DNA of 63,814 nucleotides, filler included, from Rozella allomycis CSF55 (taxonomy: Eukaryota): NCBI GenBank assembly GCA_000442015.1. It is 6 parts of 6 records of this genome, joined end to end, with 100 filler letters (N's around TTAATTAATTAA, not from the genome) between each part and the next. Parts side by side here need not be neighbours in the genome. Positions count along the whole stretch, not along the records: positions 48,006 to 49,043 come from KE560893.1; positions 49,144 to 59,432 come from KE560895.1; positions 59,533 to 62,643 come from KE560896.1; 3 more parts are not named here. One strand, 5' to 3'. The translations under genes and the position numbers were made by a program. Positions within the stretch are counted from its first letter, which is position 1; each line of letters starts with the position of its first letter. Under the pieces are notes generated by a model. It searched no databases. It saw only the letters and a list, made by a program, of their open reading frames with translations, and was not told the origin of the DNA. This document shows positions 48,006-60,280 of the stretch, in pieces.

Positions 48006-49043
48006 CTTCCTCTTGCGTTTACGCGGGGAGATGAAGAGGAGAATCCATCGATATACAGATAATGGTGTATGAGTGGTTTTCACAATTAGCTCAGAGCGTA
48101 GTCGAGGTATTTCCTCGGTAAATTTCCTTTGTTTGGGTCTTTGTCCCCCACGAGGGGGTGGTGGTTGTTTGGCAGGTGGTGTTGATAGTGGCTGTTTACT
48201 ATGTTGCGAGGATGCCATATTGTTTTATATTTGATGGATATGATAATGCGCGGGATGGCGAACGGTTGAAATACTTCAATGAGTTGTGACGTTATGATGG
48301 CCTCCCCGGTTGGGGTATAAAGGAGGTTGTTGTCATAGAATAGAAGCCGGGTGTCGTGAGGACGTTCTGGATGGGGAGTAAGTCTGGAAGTTCTGCCGTG
48401 GCTAGTGAGTGTTCTATTGCGAGGAGCATATCATCGAGGCGCTAAAGGTTAGAAAGGCATTCGATAAGATGTTGGGTTGTTTCGGATGGGTAGTGACATC
48501 TAGCGCAAGGCCTTGGTATTCTTTGTCTTCAGTTTTATGGTAGTGCGTTGGAGTTCGGAAGGCCGTTTCAGTTGTTGATAAAAAATAAATGTTATGCTTG
48601 GTTGGTTGAATAAGTGTGAGTGTGAGTTTTAATTCAATTGTATATGGTGCAGTGTTAAAGTGCTTGGAGAGTGCCGCGTAAATAGTGTGGGAGTAGTTAC
48701 TGTTATATAAGAGGCCAATGACCTTCTGGGGTTTGAACTCATATCGGTGATTGTTGTGGTGAATGTATGTTAGCTTATATGAATCTTTACGATTGTAGTG
48801 GTAGAGGCGTCTCTGTTTTCGTGTTGTGTATGCATATTTGGCGAGTGCGTCTGCGTTTTCATTCCATTTAAGTCCAATGTGAGCCTTAACTCTGACGAGG
48901 TTGTTGTCGCGGNGTTTTCATTCCATTTAAGTCCAATGTGAGCCTTAACTCTGACGAGGTTGTTGTCGCGGTTCGCTGAAGTAATAAGTGATGAAAAAGA
49001 TAAATGATAGTTTGGTTTTTGTACCGAAGGCGGTCAGATTCTG
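48006..49043 (-). mobile_element. Degenerate non-LTR retrotransposon 3' part (RNase H + CCHC knuckle)
   Basis: Minus strand LVRVKAHIGLKWNENADALAK (RNase H motif) followed by RPCARCHYPSETTQHLIEC; interrupted reading frames; higher GC. Confidence 0.75.
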
Positions 49044-49143
49044 NNNNNNNNNNNNNNNNNNNNNNNNNNNNNNNNNNNNNNNNNNNNTTAATTAATTAAN
49101 NNNNNNNNNNNNNNNNNNNNNNNNNNNNNNNNNNNNNNNNNNN

Positions 49144-50676
49144 TTATATTTCTCCAATCTAATCTCCAAAACTTTTTCTTTAATTCTCAATCTCCACTTT
49201 TTAAACAAAATGTTTCTTTTGTTTATCAAAAATGTAAAAATTGTTTTCTCTTGTTGCAATTCTCTTCTAATCCCTCTAATAGCCTTTTTATACAAATTTC
49301 CTTTCATCTTTAAACAACAAATTTACTTGAATGAAATCTATCTGCTACCAAATGTCGCTTTATTAATTTCTCTCTTCTTTGGAATATTCTTTTAAAATAT
49401 TTTCTTTCTTTTCTTTACAAACAATTTTACCTTTTTAAATAAATCTCACAAATCTTCTTCTCGCTATTCTTCTTTTCAATTCTCTTCAACCACACCCTCA
49501 AACCCTTTCTCTTATTCAACAATATCAACCTCCCCTTTAAATTTTCAATCTCTTCATCTGTCTTTTTCTTTTCATTTAATATTTCAATCCATTCTTTCAT
49601 TAAATTATATTCAATTTACTTTGATAATATCTTCTCTTTATCCTCCTCTCTATCTGATTGTACAACACCCCTTTCACTCTATTTCTCCATCTTTGCATTA
49701 TAGTTCTCTTCCGAAAACCCAAAATACTCCTTTCTCTTCTTTCAACTCTTCTATTCAAACAAATCAACCACAAATTCAAAAATACTCTTTTATTCCATTC
49801 TCGTCGAAATTTCATCGCTTTCAATCCCATTTCTCTATTCCATCTTCTTTTCATTTTCCTTTTAACAACATTTTCTTTCAATCTATTCAAATACCGACTC
49901 AATATCTTATTCTCTTGGAATGGATTCACATCCCGCTTTCTAACCTTAGACATTACCGACTCTTTATGAAACGACTGGTACATTTGATTTCTCTTAAACG
50001 AATCATCAAAATACTCTGCATCTCTACCATTCTCTAAATCATCAACAGTCAATGGTCTCTGATCTTCCACTGTCCTAAAACTCATCGATCTATTAAACCT
50101 TTCACTGCTCCTTTTTATTTCATTATTCCTTTTGAGATCATTACTTCTAATTTCACTATTCCTTTTGATTTCACTATTCTTTTTCATAGAAATAATTCCT
50201 TTATCTTCATTGTTTCTTCTATATTCACTGTTCCTTTTATCTTCACTCTTCGTCCAATTATTCTTAAATCTGATCCTCCATTCCCTAAAATACATTCTCA
50301 ATTGATCAATTCTCTTCGACTTGGAAAATGGCTTCCTTCGCTCCTTTAAATCCTATTTATTTTACACAATACTTTTCTACTCTATGCAACTTTTCATACT
50401 TCTCTGCCCACATCCCCTCCTCATTCCTCATACGCTCCAACAACGGATAAAACAGCACTTCCTCTGCTGGATTCATATTGTGACTATACAGTGTAATACA
50501 ATATGATTTATATATATCTAATCGACTCGGCTCCTCTTGGCCCAAAAACTCGCCACGCTTGATGGCCCCATAAATTATCTTTCTCAAAATTTCAAGATCT
50601 TTCACACATCTTTAATCTTTTTACCAAGTGGCGTTAAAAGTTCAAAACTGGTTCTCTGCGGTGTGTTTATCGTCAT
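49144..50676 (-). CDS. Sfi1-like centrin-binding protein, 3' end lost in gap
   Basis: N-terminal YKSYCITLYSHNMNPAEEVLFYPLL...WAEKY, then basic helical repeats with F/L-x-x-W-R (YFREWR, FLNLWL, MQRWR, FKKWR). Confidence 0.6.
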
Positions 50677-50786
50677 CGGATTGGTGGCTTACTGTGCGTT
50701 TCCCGCCTTTACGTCAACTCAAAATTTAGACAGCTTTGCATTAATGAAATACAATTTATATTAAAAATATAATAGTTATCATTTAT

Positions 50787-51901
50787 TTATAGCTTATTAT
50801 ACCTGACATACGAATAAAAGGCAGATCCGAGCAACGTGATAAATATACCAACGCCATTCACAAATGTTATTTCATTTCGGAATATTATCCATGCAAGAAA
50901 TGTTTGCGCACATGCCTTTTATCAAAATTTTTTTACTCTATACCTTTGCTGTTCCAGAAATTGTATTCGTGAGAGGAGATGTGACTTTGATCTGTAAAAA
51001 CACAGATATGTTTATAAGGAAACCAGTAACTCCGGCAAGTGTCATGATCATCCAAAAGGTTTTGTCACGAATAAAATACACATTAAATAGATCTGGTATT
51101 TCATTAAACATATAAGAAACTGGCGGCAAGAATATAAATGCAAGAACAGTGTTATAGTGTAACAATTTCCTATATCATACTTTGAAATACCTTACCATTC
51201 ATCATTGTCTAAAACCGCTAACCCTTTTTTCACATAGACACCATATAATGCCACAAAAGCACTGCTCGTTATTCCATACATTAGGCCTGAAATTGAAAAG
51301 TTGGCTTCACCTATTGATCCTGCAACAAATCCGAGGAATACAATTCCACACGCTATTAGTGCCATAAAGCTAGTTTTTTGACCTAAAAATGTATAGGTAA
51401 ACAAAATTTGAAACAAAATCGTCAAAGATCTTGCCACCTAAATCTTACATTAAATACTGACTCTACTTGATAAAATGTAACTTCAACATCTCGAAGACAC
51501 AAATTATTTGCACTTAACATACCAACATATATTAAGGTAAGAGGTGCTATCTTCGTCGCTGTTTTCATTTCAAATTGAAAGCGCGGTATAAATGATATTA
51601 CTCGAATTCTATTCTACTAATCAATAACTTAATACCTTCGTCCCAATTCCCCAAGAACAACCAGTAGCACCAATGCCACTAAAATTTGAAACCAAGTAAC
51701 AAATATAGGATAGGGAAATGGAAATTCAGAAGAAGAGAGAATGAACTTGTTCAAAAAGACTACTGACAATGACGTGGCCCAATAAAAGCTTATTACATAG
51801 AAAACAGTTTTAGCGGAAGTATCTTGCTCATTTTTAGTTGATGCTGGAAAAGGGAGGCCGTCTTTCTTGTTATCCTCAAGCTTGTCATATGCATAACTCA
51901 T
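50787..51901 (-). CDS. GDP-fucose transporter (SLC35C1-like)
   Basis: YWATSLSVVFLNKFIL, PIFVTWFQ, YQVARSLT, LQIKVTSPLTNTISGTAK|ACAQT. Confidence 0.85.
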
Positions 51902-52584
51902 TTTGACAAAAAGTAAATAAACAAACAAGTTTTTGCGTGCCTGAAATTTCAATATTTAAGAGTATTTATTTCATAGTTATTGAGAATAAATTGCCGGGAC
52001 TTGCCTTTTCAGAGCGACGAATTTTTCGTACAATGAGAGATCTACCTCATATCGACTTATTAATATTACTGGTTGTTGTCGACAAGCATTGGAGTGAGCT
52101 GGCTTGAATGTGATCAGCAGACACTACTTGACCCTCAACAAGGCAAGAATCATCTAGATTCATAGGGAACCCCTATTAATGTCTAGTCATAGAAAATTAC
52201 GCTAGAAAAATGAACAACAACACGTCCGTCGCTAGTTTCTACTAAAATCGACTGAGGCCCTTCCACTGCTATCTATATTTGCAACATAAAAAAGCTTACT
52301 TGAATAATTTTTCCAAGGATTTTCACGTCAGAATTTATATAGTTTTGTAAATCTTTTCGTGTAACATACGGGGTTGGGTTAAAAGATGTCATTTTTTGGT
52401 CTTGGAAAATTGGAGAATTAATTCAAGGATTCCTAAAAAAGTTTTTATTGATATTCTCATTAATATTTTTCGAATAGACAAAAACAAATCGCAAAAAAAC
52501 TCCAAATTTTTATTAGTCTTTCCTAAAACAAGTTAAAAAAGGTTAAAATAATCTTTTGGCTTATGCCATTTAGAGAAATTTCCT

Positions 52585-54319
52585 ATGCTTTCTGGAGAAA
52601 CTGTAATATGTGAAACCCTTAAAGAACTTTCCATTAATCAAGCGTTTGGAGTGCCTGGACACCCCATTGTTCAACTTTGTAATAGACTTTCTTCTTATGG
52701 AATCAAATACATATCAATGCGAAATGAACAATCAGCATCATATGCAGCTTCAGTGGTTGGATATATTACCAATAATCCTGGTGTATGTATCACTGTCGCA
52801 GGTACGCTTTACTTGCCATCTTGTTAGTAGGCCCTGGTTTATTGCACGCGCTTCCCGGTATCGGCAATTCAAAAGCAAATAAATGGCCAATGATTATATT
52901 ATCTGTGGGGGTCGCTACAAGCCAAGCATCTCTTGGAGCCTTTCAAGATGAGAATCAGATAGCTTTGGTTTCACCCATTGTGAAATGGGCTGTTCGTTGT
53001 GAAAATGTAAATAGTTGGAGAAGGTTGTTGCATCAAGCTCATTATGTTGCTACGAAAGGTACACCTGGTCCAGTTTACTTGGAATTTCCAGCTGATATTA
53101 TTCAAGAGAATGTTACAGTTCATAATGGTCGACTGGATTATTTGACAAGAGAAAATATTGAAAATGAATTGAGCTTAGGAGCCTTACAAAGCTTACATAA
53201 TTTAGTGGAAACATTAATTAAGTCTGATGGCAAACTTTTGGTTATAATCGGAAAGGGTGCTGCTTATTCGAGAAGTGAAGTAGTATTAACCGAATTTATA
53301 ACTCGACATAAAATTCCATTTATTTCAATGCCTATGGGAAAAGGTGTTGTTAGTGAGTTTAATGAATTGAATATGAATGCCGCAAGAAACTTTGCGATGA
53401 GGTCTGCCAGTGTAATATTGATAGTCGGGGCGAGGTTGAATTGGATGCTTAACTATGGCAAAAAATTCAACCTTAAATCCAAAATAATTCACTTTGAAAT
53501 CGATAGTAATGAATTTGGTAATGTAGATATGAGAATTGGTGGAGACATAAAAGAAAACTTTGAGCTAATTAACAAATTTCTTGACAACAAAAGAATAACA
53601 ATTAATGAAGTCTGGTTATCTGAACTGAAAAATAATTGTCTGGCAAATGCGAAAAATGTTGCGAAAATCATGACACGAGTTGAGGAATCCGGATTAATGA
53701 ACTATCATCAAGCATTTAATATTCTTAATAAAATTGTTAATAATAATTCTGTTGTGATATGTGAAGGTTCAAACACAATGGATATAAGTAGACTTTTCAT
53801 TAAACATTCAAAACCACGAAAAAGACTCGACGCTGGTACCAATGGTGCAGTAATTAGGTTTGTGAAAAATTATAGATGGGCGTGGGTCTTGGATATGCGA
53901 TAGCTGCAGCACTAAGTGCTCCATCAGAGGCGGAACCAGTAATATGCATTCAAGGAGACAGTGCATTTGGATTCAGTGCCATGGAGCTTGAAACTATTTC
54001 ACGCTATAATTTGAAAATTATTGCTATTGTCTTAAATAATAGTGGAATCTATACCGGAAGAAGATTAAATCTAGCCGGTGATCAACCAGTAACTACTTTG
54101 TCGAAAAACTGTCGATATGAGCTAATCGCAAAAGCTTTCAAAGGGTAAAATTCATAGTTCGCTAATTATTGAACGGGATTTTACTGTGTCACTGAAGATG
54201 AACTATCAAATTTTGTAAACACTTTTAAAAGTGGGAAAATCACTCTGTATCCAATTGTTCTGAACGTAATTATCGATCCTCTTTGTGGAAAAATTCCGTT
54301 TAATAGTTCAAAATTATGA
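52585..54319 (+). CDS. HACL1: 2-hydroxyacyl-CoA lyase (TPP-dependent, HACL1/oxalyl-CoA decarboxylase family), peroxisomal
   Basis: MRNEQSASYAA, GKGAAYS, PMGKGVV, GARLNWMLNYG, RLDAGT, GDSAFGFSAMELET, LNNSGIY; ends -SKL*. Confidence 0.9.
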
Positions 54320-55099
54320 ATAAAAAGTTTATCTCGTTGTCCTTTATTAGAATTTGAAATTGAGTCTCTTAATATAGTTATTACTTATTTCTTCTAATAA
54401 TATGACCAACCCATGTTTCCGAATTTTCTGGGGTTTTAGGGTGAGGCAGGGTTCGACTACTTTGTGAATTTGTGGTTAGGGTTACTGATTTGCAATCTTC
54501 TATGAACTCTTAGGGGACTCTATTTTTGAGTTAGGCCTGAAAGAGTTTTTGTTAGCAAGTTAACTTCTAGCGCACGAAATGCTTGGTTATGCGGTTTCAA
54601 ATCGCAGAAACTCAAGGCGAATTGCTTCGTCTCGTTTGTAAAAGGTTTAACCTTTTATACGACTGTATTTTTCTACATTACGTGAATTTCTCTGCGATAG
54701 CTTTATGAATTTCGCGTAGGTATCAAACCAGGTGCCGACATTCTTTTCGATATTTCTAAAAAGAGGGTTTAAATTCAGTTCACATATCCTAATTTCGATT
54801 TTTCCGAAAGAAAATTTAGGTAAACATCGGTTCCAAAATTACCTAGAAAATTTACCAAAAACCGGATGAAAGTCCTGAACAAGGTCACCGAGAAAAAAAC
54901 GAATGTCTGAAATCCCAAATCTCTTATAAGCCCCAGTGATACGAACCAGAATTTTTACGTAAACAACGACATGAGCGAGACTTCCGCTGATTCAACGTTC
55001 ACAATCAAGGCTCAGATAGAGTATTGAATGTAGTTTTCTGTGGATTAATTGTTTCTTATTATTCTTATACTTATCTAATTAAAAAAAACTTAATTAAAC

Positions 55100-58000
55100 T
55101 TAAAAAGAGTTGCCTCATACACATGGATTTCCCCTCCTTCTAATGATATTCCTAATGCGCCCATGCAACTATCCCTCCATAAAGCCTCTTCCAATTCGCT
55201 TGATAGCGCCATATATTCCATTTAACTGTTAATGAGGCCACTGTTGCGTCATGCGTGGCTTTAATTTTTCCATGATACTAGGTTTCGATTCATCCTGTAA
55301 AGATATCCCGTCACACTTCTTCTCTATTCAACATCAGCTGCACAATCGGCATCAACATATACTTGGCAAATATGTTTAGCCCCGTATATTCCATTCTTTA
55401 CCACATTCTATTTCTTTGTATATTTCAAATATCTGAGCATTAGTTTCACCAATAACGAGTGTTCTGTCACTGGATGCGAGAACAACCTGCTGGCAATACT
55501 TTCGAAATATGTCATGTCTGGTCGTGTACACTTTGCTAAAAATCAAACTTTCCACCGCTAGTCTATATGGTACTTCTTCCAATTCTTGTTACTCCGGACT
55601 TTCTGTCACCGGACGGTAACATTTCGATTCAAGGTATTGGACAACGTCATCTACACTTACGTTTGTGTCTCCGGCTATTAAGCTAAAATCGACATATACT
55701 GTTAAGATAACCAGGTCCAAGCCACGACTCACTACATAAAGTCCCTAGTCATTCTCGCATTCCTTGAATCCGGATTATTATAAACCTTGGTGTAATTTTG
55801 TGTTCCAACTTCTACCACTTTACGTTGATCCATAAAGGCTGTTTAACAATATACATACTTTGTGCCGATGTGCCTTATCGATAATCCTTTTGGTTGGGTC
55901 ATATATAAAGCGATATCTACTGATACATCATGTTAAGCTGTCAACATTTTTTTCGGAACTATGATTGACATAAAAAATTATCATAATTGTCATTCTTATC
56001 ACTTCAACATTATCAATGCCGCCTTGTTTATTATATCCGTTTGATCCATAACTATGTCTCTTCTTCCTGCACACACATCGAGATTGTACTACTTTTTGTC
56101 CTTTTGGTAGGTCGACTAGACTCATATTTCATTTTAAGTTAATGAATAGTACTGAGCCGTCATTGTGTTTTCCCATGCTATCGTCTCAATACTATTTATT
56201 GCTAGTTTATAATTGTCGGGCTCAGTGATTTCTGCCACCGGGGCAATTTTGCCATTACATAATAAATTTTCTTCACCATTTATAATATTGTCTTTCCTCG
56301 ATAAATCATTTAAATTTGTTTCGTAATAATCATATAATTTACAGATTTCCCCAAGTGTTCTTCTAGCACCGTGGTACCAAAACATTTCTGAAAATTTATG
56401 TCACTTGCTTCTGCAACTTCCGCATATGATTTATTCATTGTTTGTGATTCGCGTGGTTGTTGTACTCTCCCAGGTTTGCGTGACTGTCTTGTTGTTCCTT
56501 CGGTTCTAACGTGTTTAGATGTGAAAAATTCGTTTTGTGTGACCTTACTTTTGATTGGAGTGCTAGTGCCTGGTTCCGATTGTTCAATTGATATTTTCTT
56601 TGTTTGATGTGATACTGGATTGTTTCTAGGGACGTCAATTTCAATATATTCTTTTGCAACTTCATTGAACACTGCGTGACAAGTAAGAATTACTTTTATC
56701 GCAACTATCGGTAAAACTCGCAATCCCTTTGAATATTCATTATATCCAACCATCTTGCATTTAATTGAATGATAGTCAAGCTTCGTCTTAGTTGCTTTGG
56801 TATTTGTGAAAAAGCTTTAGACCCGTATGTTCTAAAGTTCGATATGTCTGCTTTCTACCATAATCTAGTTCCAATGGAGTTTTAAAATCTTAGTATTGGT
56901 TTCCAGTTCCACTTTGAATGTAATTTGCCGCATTGATTGCTTCCCCCCACATCGATGATGGCAAATTCGCAAAATGAAGCATTGAAAATGTAGGTTCAAA
57001 AAAATTTCGATTCTTTCTTTAAGCTTTTCCAGAGGTTGATTTATTGTTCATTTCGTGATGGATTGATTCCTTGTTCGTCTAAACTATCTGCACACTTCCA
57101 TTAACGTATTCTCCACCTTGGTCCGATCGCACAGTTCTAAATCTAAATAAGTGTTCTGATTGCTGATCATGCTTTTGAGGACTTCAATGACGTCTGATTT
57201 CTTTTCAATGACTAGTAAGTAGGTTTAAGCCGAGAAGTGTGATGCCATATCATTTCGCAGAAGGTTTTCAAGTTTGTACCGGGCCAAATTGATATGTGTG
57301 TCATATTTCACCGATATAAGTAACGCGATTGCTTTTTGGGGGAACTTTGACCGGGTCAATTTGTTGTTTCCATTGTTCGCAGCTTTGATCATTATGGAAT
57401 TTCATTCTGGATCAACGAAATGGCACTCTCTTTTAATGAAGTGAATGGACAATCTTTTGACGTAAGGATGAATCTCTTGTTATTTTGGTACATACAATAA
57501 TGTTCTGAGAAGAAATTTTGATAGTGCCTTCGGGGAAGAGAATTTGAAGTGATGCTTGTAGGAGACCTTCTGCGTTCATGACGCCTCCTTTTTGCTATTC
57601 TTATTTTGTAGTCGTTGCGTGGAGTGAAATTCTTGAAGACTGAGCGATCATTGGTCATGTGTGAGGTGCAACCTGTATCAATGATCCATTCGTTACCTGT
57701 CGTTAAAGCATTGAGAGGTTCCAAGTTGGTAAAGGTTTCGTGACTGGATACATGATAGCCATCGGTTCTCTTAGGTGTCGAGGTCACTGTAAATGCAACT
57801 GACAAAAAGGTCCAGCGTAAAATGGGCGTCGGTTTCAACATGATTCCTTTCTGGGATTTGTTTCTGCAATCGTGTAATTGGTTGTTGTTGTTGATTATTG
57901 TAGTTGTTGAATATTCGTTGATATGAAAAGTTGTAGGAATGGTCGCGGGGATATGTGAGGCCAGGTCTTGGTCGCGGACTGGTAGGGCAATGAAGAATGT

Positions 58001-58300
58001 ATCGATCATCTGTTTCACAAATATTGCGGACACGGAACTTGGATTTGCCGGGAATATACCAATCTGTCGCGATTCGTTGTAAATCCATCAAGAATTGTTC
58101 AATTCTCTTCACAAACTAGGCAAACTTTCTGATGATAATAAACTAAGGTCATTTGTTGTCGTCTCGCGTGATTCTAGGTGATGATGTTGCTAGGAGCCAA
58201 TTTTTCGTGAAGGAGATGTTGCACGTTGTAAGCTGACATTATGACATGATGACTACGTTCTTCAGACCAGGTAAGTGAGTTTGTTTAGAATTAAAAAGGA
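55100..58300 (-). mobile_element. Degenerate Ty1/copia LTR retrotransposon (gag-PR-IN-RT-RNase H), many stops/frameshifts
   Basis: WIIDTGCTSHMT (PR), TVRSDQGGEY and WGEAINAANY (IN), MVGYNEYSKG, EPDNYKLAI, LVDLPKGQKVV, VPYRLAV (RT), YVDADCAAD (RH), in copia order. Boundaries approximate; LTRs not resolved. Confidence 0.88.
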
Positions 58301-59532
58301 ATTTTCAGAGCAATAAAAATTTTCTACGAGAGGTCCATATTGATCCTCTGAATCTACCGGGTACTCAAAATAAGATTATTGTTAATATTGAGATTTTATA
58401 TATTGTAAATGAGTAGTACAGTTTTCAACTTTTGCTTTGTAGTATTCTCTGATGCGTAATTGTTTCTTGGCAAAAGCTTTCTTGTTGGAGGTGAGGTATT
58501 AGTCCAGGTCGAGGTCTTCCAGCAATGCCTGGTAGTCCCACCTGCATGAATAATAATTGGCAGCGCCATTAAGCGTTTCTATCTTGGAGGAAGAGCTTCC
58601 GGAAATCACGGCACTATACTCTGATAAAATTAAAAATTGTAGTTCTCTTTGGATTGATTGTTTCTTAAACACTCAATAAAACTTCAAAATAGTTGATGTT
58701 TGTAACAATTGTCTATTTAGTCTTCCGATCGCTACTTATACACTGTTTTTCCCTGCATACCATTAGCGAAGCTTTTTTACACTTTAATTTCACACTTGTA
58801 AACCCAAAAGGGCGAAAAAAATCGGAGTGTGCATAAACATTAAGCGGGGTTTTAAAAGTTTGGAGACCTTGTAAGATGCTTTCCGAATAAATTTTCTTCA
58901 TTTAAATCAATGTTTCCTTTATCATTTTCTTCATTATTTCTTTTCTTTTCATTTATTGTAGTCATTTTAACAGGTTCCGGTAGAATCCGTACCTCTAAAA
59001 ANAGGTTCCGGTAGAATCCGTACCTCTAAAAACGAACCAAACCATTCTGTTGCCGACGACGCCATGCCTTTAGATGCAGAAGCCTATGATGACGATATCA
59101 GGGAAACCATGCCCGACCATTGACCCCCAAAAAAGTACTCGCCGCTCTCATAACGTCCATGACGAAGCTCAAAACAACGCTTGCTACTTTTTTGGCTATC
59201 CCCATGGCAGAAGGAACGTCAAAGTCTTTGGACAAAGACATTTCCAAGACACAACAGGAGATTGCTTAAAACATGAAGGGAGGCCGGTGCTCCGGAATCC
59301 AACGACCAAACGAGTTTCATATTCTACCAGCACCTACAGTGTAAAGTCTGACTCAACAGCAGATGGATCAGATTAAAGTATACACTGTCAAGTATTAAAT
59401 TAATTGCCAATTTATTTAATTAATTAAATGGANNNNNNNNNNNNNNNNNNNNNNNNNNNNNNNNNNNNNNNNNNNNTTAATTAATTAANNNNNNNNNNNN
59501 NNNNNNNNNNNNNNNNNNNNNNNNNNNNNNNN

Positions 59533-60152
59533 AATCCAGCCAAATCTTCAATGTCTGCTAGATAAATTGTAATGTCGACAAGATGTTCCATTTTAGCACC
59601 CAAATTTTTTAAGGTTTCTTCGATTCTTTTCTACAGCAAGTTTAATTTTTACCCCTTTAAGGCTGCTTCAGATTGTTTTTCAATATCCAATTTGTAAGAC
59701 CCATCCTTTTGTAATTCAGCCTATATAAAGAAGAAATTAGTATTTACGCCTGCATAAGTTCCATCCAATTGTCTAGCAGATGTGCTGCTAAGATAAATAA
59801 GATCCCCAAACACACGAGCATGTGGATAGGCGGTTACAGGGACCGGCCTGTTTTCAAAAATGTAGCCAACTCCATTAGGGTCATTTTCCTTTTCTTTTCT
59901 ACCGGATTTATTTTTTTCTTCCTCCAATCTTACAATCTTTTGCCTGTGCTCATGTCTCCCTTTAACTTGTGGTTCATCACTTCTCTTTCCATAATAATGA
60001 TATTTATTTCCGTATGATTCATAATCATCACTATCGCTATATTTAGGTGAAGTATTTTACTAATGATATGGGGAATAATCATAGTCATATCGGTAATAAC
60101 GGTAACCGTGAGCCATGACAGCTGTTAATGCAGCAAAAAGCAAGAACTTCAT
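59533..60152 (-). CDS. RidA/YjgF-family protein with signal peptide and Tyr/Asp-rich leader; 3' end lost in gap
   Basis: MKFLLFAALTAVMAHG...; after one short intron reads in frame into AYPHARVFGDLIYLSSTSARQ...DIEKQSEAAL...LKNLGAKMEHLVDITIYL. Confidence 0.75.
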
Positions 60153-60280
60153 TTATACATTGCCACTAAAGGTAAATTATTCATATAAAAACATGACAGC
60201 CATGCCAAATAATCGATGAAATTGAATGACAGATGATTAATGCCTGTTGTCAATACTGCCAAAAAATATATATTTATTAT

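Noticed and set aside
54430..54490. Telomere-like TTAGGG/TTTAGGG words (also near 38995-39040)
   Set aside because: Only scattered imperfect units; the second site encodes a VPS13 low-complexity insert.
54600..58900. Possible LTR pair flanking the copia element
   Set aside because: Only short, weak similarity by eye; no clear TG...CA termini, PBS or target-site duplication.
59074..59376. 100-aa ORF next to the copia relic
   Set aside because: No recognisable motif; probably decayed repeat DNA.
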